Positions 37,659 through 46,219 are shown, counted from the first letter of the stretch. The stretch: DNA of 64,000 nucleotides from Nitrososphaeria archaeon (GCA_029775875.1 JARVKD010000001.1:810-64809); one strand, 5' to 3'. The notes: generated by a model not told the origin, from the sequence alone. Program-made: numbers and translations.

Positions 37659-39044
37659 TTAGTAAGGCAAGGTTTCTAGCCACGGGTATAGTTCCCTTAG
37701 CCTCCTTATAGCCTTCTTCACTTCCTCTTCTGGGTATTCGTAAGGTGGTAATTTACCTCGGAGGTAATCGTCGTAGGCTTGCATATCGAAGTGGCCATGA
37801 CCACACAGCAGGAAGAGTATGACTTTTTCCTCTCCAGTCTCTTTGCATTTCAATGCTTCATCAATGACACCCTTTATGGCATGAGATGGTTCGGGGGCTG
37901 GTATTATGCCCTCTGTTTTAGCGAACAGCCTTGCGGCGTCGAAGACTTCTATCTGATCATAGGCTCGCGTCTCCAACTGCTTCTCCTGACTCAAGATGCT
38001 TAGGGTAGGGGCTATACCATGGTACCGTAACCCTCCAGCGTGAATTGGGGCTGGTATGAAATCATGGCCTAAGGTATGCATCTTGACTAGAGGTGTAAGC
38101 CTTGCTGTGTCGCCGTGGTCATACATGTATTCCCCTTTAGTAATAGAGGGGCAAGCCGTGGGTTCGATAGCTATAAACCTGGCATTCTTCGGGGCTTTTT
38201 TTGAAACTTTGTCATAGTAGAAGGGCCAGAGGAGACCTGAGAAGCTGCTGCCTCCACCTATGCACCCGATGATTATATCAGGGTAGTCTTCCACTAGTTC
38301 GAGCTGCTTCATAGCCTCTTGACCTATCACGGTTTGATGTAAGAGAACATGATTGAAGACGCTGCCTATCCCATAGTTCGTTTCTTCATGAGTAAGGGCA
38401 TCCTCCACAGCCTCACTTATAGCAATTCCCAGGCTTCCAGGGCACTTAGGATCTTCTGCTAAAATCTTTCTGCCAGCCTCTGTTTTAGTGCTCGGGCTGG
38501 CATGCACTTCAGCGCCCCAAAGTTCCATCATAACCCTTCTGTATGGCTTCTGATTGTAACTTGCCCTTACCATGTATACAGTACATCCAAGATCGAAACA
38601 CATGCAGCCAAAGGCTAGAGCAGAGCCCCACTGCCCGGCTCCCGTTTCCGTAGCCATGCGTTCTTTGCCTTCCTTCATGTTGTAGTAGGCCTGTGCAACG
38701 GCAGTGTTAGGCTTGTGACTTCCTGGGGGGCTGACGCCTTCATACTTATAATAGATCTTTGCTGGGGTCTTCAAAGTTTTCTCTAGTCCAACAGCTCTGA
38801 AAAGAGGAGTCGGTCTCCAGAGACGGTAGACATTTCGAACCTCTTCAGGTATGTTTATCCATCTATCCGTACTCATCTCTTGAGCGAGGATCTCTTTGGG
38901 AAATATCTGAGGTACGATACCCGGTCCTGGCGCTCTCTTCATCGGATCTATTATTGGAGGTAGCGGTTTAGGCAGATCGGGCAGTATGCAGTACCATTGC
39001 TTAGGTATGTCTTCCTCATCCAAAAGTACTTTCCTAGTGACCAT
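37659..39044 (-). CDS. trpB2: TrpB2-type tryptophan synthase beta-like PLP enzyme
   Basis: [14 protein letters not shown]-terminal extension, [17 protein letters not shown] (PLP lysine), [23 protein letters not shown]. Visibly GC-richer than neighbouring genes. Confidence 0.9.
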   Translation of the reverse strand: MVTRKVLLDEEDIPKQWYCILPDLPKPLPPIIDPMKRAPGPGIVPQIFPKEILAQEMSTDRWINIPEEVRNVYRLWRPTPLFRAVGLEKTLKTPAKIYYKYEGVSPPGSHKPNTAVAQAYYNMKEGKERMATETGAGQWGSALAFGCMCFDLGCTVYMVRASYNQKPYRRVMMELWGAEVHASPSTKTEAGRKILAEDPKCPGSLGIAISEAVEDALTHEETNYGIGSVFNHVLLHQTVIGQEAMKQLELVEDYPDIIIGCIGGGSSFSGLLWPFYYDKVSKKAPKNARFIAIEPTACPSITKGEYMYDHGDTARLTPLVKMHTLGHDFIPAPIHAGGLRYHGIAPTLSILSQEKQLETRAYDQIEVFDAARLFAKTEGIIPAPEPSHAIKGVIDEALKCKETGEEKVILFLLCGHGHFDMQAYDDYLRGKLPPYEYPEEEVKKAIRRLRELYPWLETLPY

Positions 39045-39161
39045 ATAAATTCACTTTATGCCACTTTATGACGTTGATGTCCATTTATATACTTTCCTAA
39101 AGACATAAATTAAACCCTATTTTTATGAAACTACTCTTGCTCTATATTCCATGCGTGATAG

Positions 39162-39995
39162 TTATTCTGACATCCCCCGAATCCTTTTCTGCACAATTTT
39201 CCAAGAATTTGTAGTCAAGAAGCTTTCTTCCATGTTCTGGACCATTCTCTCGAACTTGTGCATAGGTGTCGAAAATGAGAGCGTGTTCTCGGAAACAAAG
39301 GGGCGAACTGTAACATCAAATAAACCTATGACAGCTCTTGGATGGGTAGAGTTTTTCTCAAGGAATGGATATTGTACGATTGAGGAACATCCCGAGCCAA
39401 AAGGTGTAAAAACAGCGTTCGGTTCAGCCTCGTCAAAGCCTGCCAGTGTGAAGAGACCTGAAAGGACATCAGGGCATGCGAAAAAAATTACTACATCAGG
39501 TTCATCAGACTCATCCAACAAATCCCATCTCTTGAAAACGATGAACTTTGCAGGAGCCTTAAACGACGGTACAAGTTTAACTGACTGAGCGACGAGTTCT
39601 GGCGTTTTCTTATACCGTTCGCCTTCAACTTTTCCAGGAATCCCACACGAAAGAAAATACTCAAAATCAGGCCTCAGTTTTTCAGAGAATCCGAGATATC
39701 TTCTTCCTCCGGAACAACCAATCGACTCTGCATCTAAACACAAAGCTCTTCCTTTCCTCACTAGCGAAAGCGCAGCGATCACGCACCTATGAATTGAGCC
39801 AGGCTTCACAAGTTCTGCGTGCCCTTCTTCATCTGTATAATAAAAAGCAATTGGAAGCTCTGCTTCGCCAAAAAATCTTCTCCAAAGAACAATAAAATTC
39901 TCTTTGAACTTGATATCCATAGATGGCTTCTCTAGCCTATAAATGAACCCCATGTAACTAAAATATCTTTCCGTTTGCGAGCTTCTCAGGTTCAT
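39162..39995 (-). CDS. DUF169 (COG2043) family protein
   Basis: LPIAFYYTDEE...HRCVIAALSLVRKGRALCLDAESIGCSGGRRYLGF is DUF169-like. ATG 39920 (MDIKFKENF) is a plausible alternative start. Confidence 0.7.
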   Translation of the reverse strand: MNLRSSQTERYFSYMGFIYRLEKPSMDIKFKENFIVLWRRFFGEAELPIAFYYTDEEGHAELVKPGSIHRCVIAALSLVRKGRALCLDAESIGCSGGRRYLGFSEKLRPDFEYFLSCGIPGKVEGERYKKTPELVAQSVKLVPSFKAPAKFIVFKRWDLLDESDEPDVVIFFACPDVLSGLFTLAGFDEAEPNAVFTPFGSGCSSIVQYPFLEKNSTHPRAVIGLFDVTVRPFVSENTLSFSTPMHKFERMVQNMEESFLTTNSWKIVQKRIRGMSE

Positions 39996-40174
39996 CTGCT
40001 ACCTGACTGACTGCTCAGCATAGCGTCGATCAGGATTTGAACCAAATTACAACTCGGAGTTTGCAATTCTGCAATTACTTCTTGGCCTTCTTCCAGAATA
40101 GATGGCTCCTTCCTATCTGTTGGGTGCGTTGATACAAGTTTTATAATCTTCTTTGAGCATTCATGAGCAAGCAT
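39992..40174 (-). CDS. hypothetical 60-aa protein (doubtful)
   Basis: ORF only. Its stop overlaps the long-form DUF169 start by 4 nt, and it shares the GC-rich composition. Confidence 0.2.
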   Translation of the reverse strand: MLAHECSKKIIKLVSTHPTDRKEPSILEEGQEVIAELQTPSCNLVQILIDAMLSSQSGSR

Positions 40175-40255
40175 CTTAGAGTATCACAGCCATTTATGTT
40201 TGGACTTTAACCCACAAGTATTTCTAGGAGAATTGATTATAGATGTAAGAAGCAA

Positions 40256-40678
40256 ATGGAGTTTTCCTCAATTGAAATTACTTGGATGATTCATGCAACG
40301 GAGGAAGGAGAAAAAGTTGTAAAGAAGATAGTCGAGCTCCTCCATTTGAGTAATTATGATGTGAAATCTTTTAACTTAGAAGGCCATTTTGGCAATCCTA
40401 TTCTTCTTTATAAGACTAGATTGATTGGTGCTGAGGCAAGCAAATTCGTTCATGTCTTGTTCTCTTCTCTAAGTGATACGGACAAAAAGATTCTGGAGCG
40501 TGAGCTGTCAAAGCATTTAGATGAACATGGCGCTTTTTACATTCGTATAGACAAGCAATTGTTATGTGAAGGTAAAATCGAACTTTCAGAGAAGGACGCT
40601 ATAAAAATAAAGCTCAAGCCTAAGAACGGATTAAAATTTGATGAAAAGGTATCACACTACAGGGGGTTGTTAAAATAG
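40256..40678 (+). CDS. DUF54/UPF0201 RNA-binding protein (COG1325, predicted exosome-associated subunit)
   Basis: ITWMIHATEEGEKVVKKI...GHFGNPI...AFYIRIDKQ matches the hpTED.eKV / lyfRlDKQ signature. Upstream of rpp30-pop5, as in the archaeal exosome/RNase P superoperon. Confidence 0.65.
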   Translation: MEFSSIEITWMIHATEEGEKVVKKIVELLHLSNYDVKSFNLEGHFGNPILLYKTRLIGAEASKFVHVLFSSLSDTDKKILERELSKHLDEHGAFYIRIDKQLLCEGKIELSEKDAIKIKLKPKNGLKFDEKVSHYRGLLK

Positions 40679-41319
40679 GCGCCATAGATCTTCACGTAAA
40701 TATGACTGATGAATTTAAGAGAACCATAAAAATAGCTAAGTTCTTAGGTTTCTCTGTTCTTGGCTTAGATTTGGAAGATAATCGGGATTTAAAGGAAAGA
40801 GTTACAAACATGTGTAAAGAAGAAAAAATGCGGTGCATCTTCAGGGCTAATATAAGTGAATTTAAAAGATCGGAGGCTCTAAAAGGTGACCATCTAATAT
40901 ACACAGCAAGAAATGTAGATGAGGCTAGATCATGTAATGTTCCCTTCTATTTGCTAGAGGCTGGTAAGGACATAACTGAAACTCTTAAAGTGATAGAATT
41001 CTGTGCAAGGCAATCAAACATAAATCTTGCGATTGAGTTTGATTTTGCTCCTTTGCGTTTACACAATGAATTTTCTTTTGCCAGTTATATGAAATGTTTG
41101 AAAAAGTTGGTAAATATCTGCAAAAGAAGGCAAATTGTTACTATATTCTCAAGCGGAGCAAAAAATTCCAATGAGCTAGTATCCCCAAGGATACTCTACA
41201 GCTTTTACAAGATTTTAGGTGGAAATCTAACGAGAAGAAAAATTTTGCACGAGATTCCCAATAGGGAAGTAATCGAGAAGATTGATCTAGGTCCAGAGAT
41301 AATTGGTAGATCGGAATGA
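40675..41319 (+). CDS. rpp30: RNase P protein component 3 (Rpp30)
   Basis: The first ATG is 40702, but the conserved first strand GAIDLHVN lies in frame upstream (compare human Rpp30 ADLDLRAGSD..LGYSVVAI with AIDLHVNMTD..LGFSVLGL). No ATG/GTG/TTG between the in-frame TGA 40642 and 40702. ATA 40675 overlaps the upstream stop (ATAG) and sits 7 nt after AGGGGGT. Confidence 0.7.
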   Translation: MGAIDLHVNMTDEFKRTIKIAKFLGFSVLGLDLEDNRDLKERVTNMCKEEKMRCIFRANISEFKRSEALKGDHLIYTARNVDEARSCNVPFYLLEAGKDITETLKVIEFCARQSNINLAIEFDFAPLRLHNEFSFASYMKCLKKLVNICKRRQIVTIFSSGAKNSNELVSPRILYSFYKILGGNLTRRKILHEIPNREVIEKIDLGPEIIGRSE

Positions 41320-41633
41320 AATATGAGAGAAAGAGATACATATTGGTTTATTATGAGATGCAAAATGACCATAAGGAACTCGAAACAGAAATTACGGCTA
41401 GGGTAAAAGACCTCTTTGGTGCCATAGGTCTACAATCCATCGATTTGAAGCTCGTTAAAATGGAACCTAATTTCCTCATCATTCATTGTAGTCATAAGCA
41501 TGTCGATGATGCACTCTTTGCATTAAGTTCAATGAAGTTTAAGGATTCCACTTTCCTTCCACTAAGAGTTTCAGGAACGATAAAGAAACTCAAAAGAGTT
41601 ATGGCTAATTTCGTTCAATACAGAAACCTCTAA
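41316..41633 (+). CDS. pop5: RNase P protein component 2 (Pop5)
   Basis: 105 aa, RKRYILVYYEM...DLFGAIGLQSIDLKLVKMEPNFLIIHCSHKHVDDALFAL is Pop5-like. ATGA overlap with rpp30. Confidence 0.65.
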   Translation: MKYERKRYILVYYEMQNDHKELETEITARVKDLFGAIGLQSIDLKLVKMEPNFLIIHCSHKHVDDALFALSSMKFKDSTFLPLRVSGTIKKLKRVMANFVQYRNL

Positions 41634-41656
41634 ATCATAGACTACTCTATATATAG

Positions 41657-41736
41657 TGGGATGAAGTGCTCGCTGCCCCAGACTGAGCCTGTGATTAGCT
41701 CACATAGGCGTTGAAGACCTCGCGACGACACTGACC
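41657..41736 (+). ncRNA. candidate structured small RNA (GC-rich intergenic island with C/D-box-like motifs); strand uncertain
   Basis: About 80 nt at ~57% GC (my count 46/80) against a ~36% background. Contains GGGATGA, CTGA, GTGATTA and CTGA, plus a hairpin GCC-UGUGA-UUAGC-UCACA-UA-GGC (41687-41709). TATATATAG lies just upstream. Confidence 0.25.
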
Positions 41737-41815
41737 ATAACCAATTTAATATCGCTTTTTAATCCTCTAAGGGTGTTGATAAAAGCATGGCACAAGCTTA
41801 AGCCTCTTCTATGAT

Positions 41816-42295
41816 TTAAATCTCTCTTGCCTTTTGGATCAATTGACTGATCATAAGTTTTAATTTTTCTTCTTTCTCTTTATTAGAGGCAAGAATTAAA
41901 TCAGCAAGCTCAACAAAGATCTTCGCTAAATCTTTTTCTGCAACTTGAGCCATGACACTAATAAATATGAATTGTCTCTTAAGGACTTGATCTGCGACCT
42001 TAATGAATGAGGACAGTATGGCCATGCCTTTGTTCGTAGTTATGTATCTTTTTACATTCGCATCAGGGCTTATTACCTCAGAGATCATTCCCTTCGAAGA
42101 AAGCTCATTCAATATGAAATATATGGAGCCTGGGCTTGGCCTCCATTCATTATTGGTGTAAAGGTTGATCTGGTCTGAAATATCAATGCCACTCACAGGC
42201 ATCTTAGATGCAGCTTTTAGAATGAAGACCTTAAGCATCCCTCTTGGCGCGCTTAAGAATTCAGCCGATTTCAACATACTTAATTTGATCTTCAA
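41816..42295 (-). CDS. PadR-family winged-helix transcriptional regulator
   Basis: TTG start. PVSGIDISDQINLYTNNEWRPSPGSIYFILNELSSKGMI is a PadR-like recognition helix/wing. Divergent from the trp operon. Confidence 0.7.
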   Translation of the reverse strand: MKIKLSMLKSAEFLSAPRGMLKVFILKAASKMPVSGIDISDQINLYTNNEWRPSPGSIYFILNELSSKGMISEVISPDANVKRYITTNKGMAILSSFIKVADQVLKRQFIFISVMAQVAEKDLAKIFVELADLILASNKEKEEKLKLMISQLIQKAREI

Positions 42296-42351
42296 AAGAG
42301 GTTAATAATTCTTACCGAGGCAACTAATGAACATATATGTGCACAAAAGTC

Positions 42352-42359
42352 TTAAATAA
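42352..42359 (+). promoter_or_regulatory. TATA-like box TTAAATAA upstream of the trp operon
   Basis: Lies about 22-29 nt upstream of ATG 42381, which is the spacing expected for a leaderless transcript. Confidence 0.3.
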
Positions 42360-42380
42360 TACATTGATCAAGCGTTGGCG

Positions 42381-42431
42381 ATGGAGGAAGAAAAGTTGGG
42401 TGATTTAGTTTGGTTACGAGCGATACAATAG
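42381..42431 (+). other. 16-codon upstream ORF MEEEKLGDLVWLRAIQ* overlapping the trpE 5' region, out of frame
   Basis: ATG positioned like a leaderless start. A single Trp codon at 42411-42413 follows GGGTGAT-TTA-GTT. Coding status unproven. Confidence 0.3.
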
Positions 42432-43803
42432 TTCATCTAATCTTAAACTAAACCTTAAATCCTTCCCATACATTCCTCCAATTCAAATCTTCAAAAAGAT
42501 TCATAAGAAATTTGATACTGCCTACATACTAGAATCAGTCACAGGTCCAAAGAAATTAGCCCGGTACTCCTTTATAGGATTCGAGCCTAGGCTTATCTTA
42601 AAGGCGAAGGGTAAAGAGTTAGAGATAAAGGATTGTAAAGGAGGATTTTTGGAAAGGAAGAATGTAAAGGACCCATTATACATTATAAAAGAAATGCAAG
42701 GAGGTTCTATTCATGATCAAAGATGGCCAAGGCTGATTGGAGGGGCTGTTGGCTATGTATCCTATGATGCTATTGAATACTGGGAAAGAATCAAATCAGG
42801 TAAGAATGATTTAGGCTTTCCTTATATGGAATTTGGCATCTTTGATGATGGTATAACGTTTGATCATATAAATCATCAAGCCTTTTACTATTTCCAAGAA
42901 GAGGATCGTAGCAAAGAGATAAAATCTGCTCTTAAAGAGCCTGAAAATATTGATGATCTGTATTATTCTCAGCCTAAAGTGAATATAGAATTCAATTCTT
43001 TTTGTGAGAAAGTATCAAAGATAAAAGATTACATATTTTCTGGAGATATATTTCAAGCAGTTTTATCTAAGAGATACGATCTCAAGATAAAAGGTGACCT
43101 TATTCACTTCTATGAGTCTTTAAGGAGAATAAACCCTTCTCCTTACATGTATTTCATGAAGATGAGTGATAGACAGATAGTCGGATCTAGCCCAGAGATG
43201 CTCGTAAGAGTGGATAATGGCATTGTTGAGACATTCCCTATTGCTGGCACAAGACCTAAGCTCGAAGATAAAACTATGAACGATATTGTGCAAAAAGAGC
43301 TTCTTATAGATCCAAAAGAGCGCGCAGAGCATATAATGCTAGTGGATTTAGCAAGAAACGATATAGGAAAGGTCTGTGAGTTTGGTAGTGTCCATGTTCC
43401 AGAGTTTATGAAAGTCCATCAGTATAGCCATGTGCAACATATAGTTTCAAGAGTTTTAGGTAAGTTAAGAGAAGGCAAAGATGCCTTTGATATGTTTAGA
43501 GGAGTATTCCCTGCTGGAACAGTTACTGGAGCCCCTAAGATAAGAGCCATGGAAATAATAGATGAATTGGAACCTTCAAGAAGAGGACCTTACGCAGGAG
43601 CTATAGGATACTTCTCTAACAATGGAAATGCAGATTTTGCCATAACAATAAGAACTTTGGTAGCGAGTAGGGATAAAGCATACATTCAGGTAGGATCAGG
43701 AATAGTCGCTGATTCTGACCCATCAAAAGAATGGCTAGAGACAGAGTACAAAGTAGAGGCTTTGATGAAGGCTTTGAAGGTATCTGGGAGAGGTTTTGAA
43801 TGA
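42409..43803 (+). CDS. trpE: anthranilate synthase component I; N-terminal 80 codons are open in frame but lack a canonical start (first one is TTG 42649)
   Basis: Codons 42409-42648 encode ...FDTAYILESVTGPKKLARYSFIGFEP (TrpE LLES/RYSFIG signature). The downstream core has INPSPYMYF, GSSPEMLVR, IAGTRPK, EHIMLVDLARND, FPAGTVTGAPK, RGPYAGAIGY. Confidence 0.85.
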   Translation, partial: FGYERYNSSSNLKLNLKSFPYIPPIQIFKKIHKKFDTAYILESVTGPKKLARYSFIGFEPRLILKAKGKELEIKDCKGGFLERKNVKDPLYIIKEMQGGSIHDQRWPRLIGGAVGYVSYDAIEYWERIKSGKNDLGFPYMEFGIFDDGITFDHINHQAFYYFQEEDRSKEIKSALKEPENIDDLYYSQPKVNIEFNSFCEKVSKIKDYIFSGDIFQAVLSKRYDLKIKGDLIHFYESLRRINPSPYMYFMKMSDRQIVGSSPEMLVRVDNGIVETFPIAGTRPKLEDKTMNDIVQKELLIDPKERAEHIMLVDLARNDIGKVCEFGSVHVPEFMKVHQYSHVQHIVSRVLGKLREGKDAFDMFRGVFPAGTVTGAPKIRAMEIIDELEPSRRGPYAGAIGYFSNNGNADFAITIRTLVASRDKAYIQVGSGIVADSDPSKEWLETEYKVEALMKALKVSGRGFE

Positions 43804-44387
43804 GGATTCTCATAATAGATAATTATGATTCCTTCGTCTACAATTTAGTTCAATACGTAGGCGAACTAGGAGCTAATCCTTTAGTTTATAGGAACGATCA
43901 GATAAGCCTTGATAATATTGAGAGGATAAAGCCTAATGGCATAATATTATCTCCTGGTCCTGGTACCCCTGAAAATGCAAAGTACTTTGGTATTTGTTCA
44001 TCGATTATAAGGCAAATGGGCTGTAAGATTCCTATATTAGGCATATGCTTAGGACATCAAGGGATAATTCATTCCTTTGGAGGAAAGATAGTTCGTGCAC
44101 ATAACATAATGCATGGCAAGACGAGCATGATAAAGCACGATGGAAACGGAGTATTAAAAGGAATAAAGAATCCCTTTAAAGCTACTCGCTATCATTCACT
44201 CGTTGGCGATAAATTAACACTTCCTTCTTGCCTCAAAGTTACTGCTGAGTCTTTAGATGATGGTGAAATAATGGGAGTAAGGCATATCTCATACCCCATA
44301 GAAGGTTTGCAATTTCATCCTGAATCCATTCTTACAGATAATGGCAAGAAGATAATTGGAAACTTCCTAAAGAGTGGTTCAAAATGA
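43800..44387 (+). CDS. trpG: anthranilate synthase component II (glutamine amidotransferase)
   Basis: ILIIDNYDSFVYNLVQY, GICLGHQ (catalytic Cys), LQFHPES. ATGA overlap with trpE. Confidence 0.9.
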   Translation: MRILIIDNYDSFVYNLVQYVGELGANPLVYRNDQISLDNIERIKPNGIILSPGPGTPENAKYFGICSSIIRQMGCKIPILGICLGHQGIIHSFGGKIVRAHNIMHGKTSMIKHDGNGVLKGIKNPFKATRYHSLVGDKLTLPSCLKVTAESLDDGEIMGVRHISYPIEGLQFHPESILTDNGKKIIGNFLKSGSK

Positions 44388-45445
44388 TAAGGGAAGGGAT
44401 TCAAAAGGTTGTAGATGGTAAGGACCTTAGCCATTTAGAAGCTCGAACCATAATGAAAGAGTTAATGTCAGGCAATGCAACCAATGCTCAGATAGCCTCT
44501 TTTTTGACTGCTTTGAGGATGAAAGGAGAGAGCATCGGGGAGATTTCAGCCTTTGCCAAAGTTATGAGGGATTTCTGCCTTAAAATTCATCCTCGTGTCA
44601 ATAAGCGCATCATAGACATAGTTGGTACAGGTGGAGATAGAATCAAATCCTTCAATGTGAGTACGACGGCATCTTTCATAGTTGCTGGTGCTGGTGCAAT
44701 AGTTGCAAAACATGGCAATCGATCATTCACAAGTAAATGTGGCAGTGCGGATGTTCTTGAGAAATTGGGCTATAACTTGAATACAGAACCTAGCATTATT
44801 GAGAAATCTATTGAGCAAATAGGAATAGGATTCATGTTCGCGCCAAGGTTTCATCCAGCCATGAAGTATGCTTTAGAACCAAGGAAAGAGATAGGGATAA
44901 GAACGATCTTCAACATTCTAGGTCCAATAACTAACCCAGCAAATGCAAGTGGATACCTGTTAGGCGTTTATGAAAAGAAATTAACAAAGATCATGGCTTA
45001 CGTTCTAAAGAATCTCGAAAGCGAAGAGGCTATGGTAGTTCATGGCTTAGATGGGTTGGATGAAATCTCAACTATAGGCAAGACTGAGATGGCATGGTTA
45101 AAAGAAGGCAAGATAAGCGTAACGGAATTATCCCCTAAAGACTTTGGAGTTAGACTGGCAAAGCAAGACGAGATTGAAGGTTCTAATCCAGAAGAAAATG
45201 CCGAAATTGTATTCAGAATTCTAAACGGATTTTACAAGAAAGGAGATCCAAAGATGGATATGACTTTGGTAAATGCAGCCAGCGGGATCGTTGTTGGCGG
45301 GCTTACTGATAAATTCGATAAAGCAATGGAACTGGCTTACGAATCTGTTAAGAGCGGTGCTGCTTATAGCAAGCTCAAGACGATGATAAAATTCTGCGAA
45401 GGAAACATGGAAAAGTTAGAGGAGTTAGAAGTTAAATTTGGTTGA
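44384..45445 (+). CDS. trpD: anthranilate phosphoribosyltransferase
   Basis: DIVGTGGDRIKSFNVST, KHGNRSFTSKCGSADVLE, NILGPITNPA. Confidence 0.9.
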   Translation: MIREGIQKVVDGKDLSHLEARTIMKELMSGNATNAQIASFLTALRMKGESIGEISAFAKVMRDFCLKIHPRVNKRIIDIVGTGGDRIKSFNVSTTASFIVAGAGAIVAKHGNRSFTSKCGSADVLEKLGYNLNTEPSIIEKSIEQIGIGFMFAPRFHPAMKYALEPRKEIGIRTIFNILGPITNPANASGYLLGVYEKKLTKIMAYVLKNLESEEAMVVHGLDGLDEISTIGKTEMAWLKEGKISVTELSPKDFGVRLAKQDEIEGSNPEENAEIVFRILNGFYKKGDPKMDMTLVNAASGIVVGGLTDKFDKAMELAYESVKSGAAYSKLKTMIKFCEGNMEKLEELEVKFG

Positions 45446-46217
45446 TTTTTTAGACTTTATTATTCAAAATGTGAAGAGAACCATTAAAGAAGGGTACTAT
45501 AATGTTCAATTTGATGAGAGAAGGTTACAAAGGAGCTTAAAAGATTCTATTGTAAAATGCAAAAAGATTCCAATCATAGCTGAGATAAAGCCCGCATCTC
45601 CAAAAGATGGTGTATTAAAAAAGGAAATGGATGCAAAAGAGATGGCAATTGCTATCAAAAGAGGGGGGGCAGTAGGAATATCTATACTTACCGAACCAAA
45701 GCACTTCAAAGGTTCTTTAGAGATTTTATCTATAGTGCGAAAAACTGTGGATTTACCTATTCTGATGAAAGACTTCATAATAAGTCCAGTTCAGATAGAA
45801 GCTGCTGATAAAATTGGTGCTGATGCTATTCTTTTGATAAAGTCCATTTTTGACCGTGAATTTGGTGAAAGGAATTTAAACGAAATGATCGAAATCGCGA
45901 AATCAAAAGGTATTGAAGTTTTGCTTGAGGTTCATAATGAGGATGAATTTCTTTCGTCCCTTCAAACGGAAGCTGACATGATAGGTATAAACAATAGAGA
46001 CTTAACAACTTTGAATGTCGATCTTGAGGTCACAAAGAGAATATTGAGTAAGATAGAGAATAGAGGGAGAATAATAGTAAGCGAAAGCGGGATTAACCAT
46101 CCTACTGATGTAAAAGCATTACACAATTTCAACATTAAAGCCTTTCTCATAGGTAAAGCCATTATGACTGCAAGAGACGTTGAAGCCAAGATTCGCGAAT
46201 TCGTGGAGGCTACATAA
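45438..46217 (+). CDS. trpC: indole-3-glycerol phosphate synthase
   Basis: IIAEIKPASPKDG, ISILTEPKHFKGS, LMKDFII, IGINNRDL. TTG start overlaps the trpD stop. Confidence 0.9.
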   Translation: MVDFLDFIIQNVKRTIKEGYYNVQFDERRLQRSLKDSIVKCKKIPIIAEIKPASPKDGVLKKEMDAKEMAIAIKRGGAVGISILTEPKHFKGSLEILSIVRKTVDLPILMKDFIISPVQIEAADKIGADAILLIKSIFDREFGERNLNEMIEIAKSKGIEVLLEVHNEDEFLSSLQTEADMIGINNRDLTTLNVDLEVTKRILSKIENRGRIIVSESGINHPTDVKALHNFNIKAFLIGKAIMTARDVEAKIREFVEAT

Positions 46218-46219
46218 GT

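Noticed and set aside
41657-41736. Calling the GC island a canonical C/D-box sRNA.
   Set aside because: The box-like motifs are imperfect, the guide spacers are 18 and 33 nt instead of ~12, and the terminal stem is poor. It is kept only as an unclassified ncRNA candidate.
42400-42408. GTG 42400 as the trpE start, with read-through or pyrrolysine decoding of the in-frame TAG 42406.
   Set aside because: The GTG is part of the GGTGAT SD-like motif. The MttB homologue in the window shows no in-frame amber in the stretches I translated and no Pyl genes are visible. An indel or frameshift explains the data more simply.
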